Shown: piece by piece, positions 63,901-64,000 of the stretch
How the letters are laid out: each line of letters begins with the position of its first letter
How positions within the stretch are numbered: position 1 is the first letter of the stretch
Origin: a virus
Direction: 5' to 3' (one strand)
Length of the DNA: 64,000 bases
IMG/VR virus record: IMGVR_UViG_3300018424_007835
Span: 32,001 to 96,000 of that record
Program-made: the position numbers and the translations under genes
Notes under the pieces: generated by a model
Databases searched by the model: none
Seen by the model: the letters and a program-made list of their open reading frames with translations, nothing else
Told to the model about the DNA's origin: nothing

Positions 63901-64000
63901 AGTGTACAGTGATTTTTCTGTGCTGCTACAGTGTCGGCGTTTCTGGACAGCCTCCACTGGCACGGAATTCGACATTCTCCGCATCGAAACCAACGAAGTG
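60998..64000 (+). CDS. 3'-truncated large baseplate/tail protein with P2 gpI-like motif (absent from ORF track)
   Basis: ATG at 60998 (MPLRNFNLLS...); frame consistent at several spot-checked points to the window end; LTDPDTAALGYLPWLASVTG near 61800. Confidence 0.75.
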   Translation, partial: MPLRNFNLLSANQRSFGTDAGSDLGGWALRSGAATVGRLLDAGAYNTYIPGDEFSDVYVNNLLFVRPTSASADVVIESPFLTVTPGNVYLVSMAIGSLLPKTATIRMEFYGTASTPAASAAEGSAVASAAISTNSIILPFQRIYNSNETLSDGVWSLSTEPLAKVTITFESPAASGDFFTIFDPFVTEDDLALSGNLSGLAYSDMPNFMQVDDKNINDLLGARGAQALSFPLKRFTESLYRPVDLVAAEALEFEYVRPIAGTESKSKLTDPDTAALGYLPWLASVTGTTLLTIAGGGISPWAALEQNDEDRSGDPGEWADIEAVGNWKDLEGVGDGFFDNIKVFRDLIRTGFTGINSGRPDTIASFLQTVVGAAEFTPVIKNNDRDNPFLVEVLVDPATDLGGTFIKDYTDFGLSAGANSSTTGSVVDSGRGSLDFSKLVYPATHSNNDATGAVTYGRSFVSDADGFARHLRLVPGAAGAASAVPELGGGIADAHYTAGAAYVYGNTGPTSYGSVTASVTAVPFGGSGNTLSLGGVQTEYELIFVLSDITLPTASIDAAGSGGNTPADWLYREKRLLACGTDSGGNGNDWAVYLVSGSTGAADNQTRLMLIDGYNNVGATNYAVSDPIDFGVISSRGDVVLRVKRSAVESASATATFYAQSSIYDDWDTHQVGEVVFQPTSAAVVAPDTNGAIQILGELNSNDNWADAVPVSCSVKRFMFFKELISFAGESATSSAAHAYFNGGSATNFGVYSYTPTLDIDFSGRGIYDSSFTLSDYVDGRRSGLTNTVTVTVNEAATNGLDVLAFRNTGTDYWYYGTAAPSIAGDTLTIDGLSNSTAYRVVPTIVNTGTGATSTSDFTDFTTDGSGVLTLSASAAYVGVSALYGGITASAIEVQPSGGGTALARFLPTTIAASATSGPDSINSNNTWTLTRAFPASSIAYAPSQIINRDFLHVYEGGPTFNNCPKIEVYSDFSVLLQCRRFWTASTGTEFDILRIETNEV

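Noticed and set aside
30675-64000. Bacterial contractile injection system or tailocin
   Set aside because: A major capsid protein, head-tail adaptor, PolA and RNR indicate a complete phage
1-64000. Stop-codon reassignment
   Set aside because: Conserved genes are intact in the standard code and end in TAA, TAG and TGA at expected positions

Overview
This window is a 64-kb segment of a large tailed dsDNA phage with a contractile tail. All credible genes lie on the + strand and no bacterial housekeeping genes or integrase are visible. It contains a head-assembly region (probable C-terminal part of a prohead-protease-like gene, modular head proteins, HK97-fold major capsid protein), neck, sheath, tube, frameshifted tail chaperones, tape measure, hub, a spike-fibre fusion, several receptor-binding/fibre genes and baseplate wedge genes. 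These are interleaved with an intein-containing class II ribonucleotide reductase, lysis enzymes, PolA, an RpoD-like sigma factor and tRNA-Leu(CAA). An actinobacterial host is inferred, not shown, from the many leaderless TANNNT-N5-7-ATG promoters and the gene content. The most notable candidate system is a head-packaged effector set. Two giant multi-domain proteins (about 2925 aa with GNAT-like and HipA/PI3K-like kinase motifs; 1975 aa with HhH-glycosylase-like and DUF3626/ART-like motifs) share a short module and are each followed by small coupled genes that could be immunity genes. They sit among head polyproteins whose modules are separated by recurrent xxK|[A/S/G/T] putative maturation-protease sites. 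Also notable: a structured intergenic RNA with a perfect SD and a 4-codon minigene, a protamine-like bipolar peptide, and two promoter classes. All domain names come from motif recognition by eye, not from database searches.
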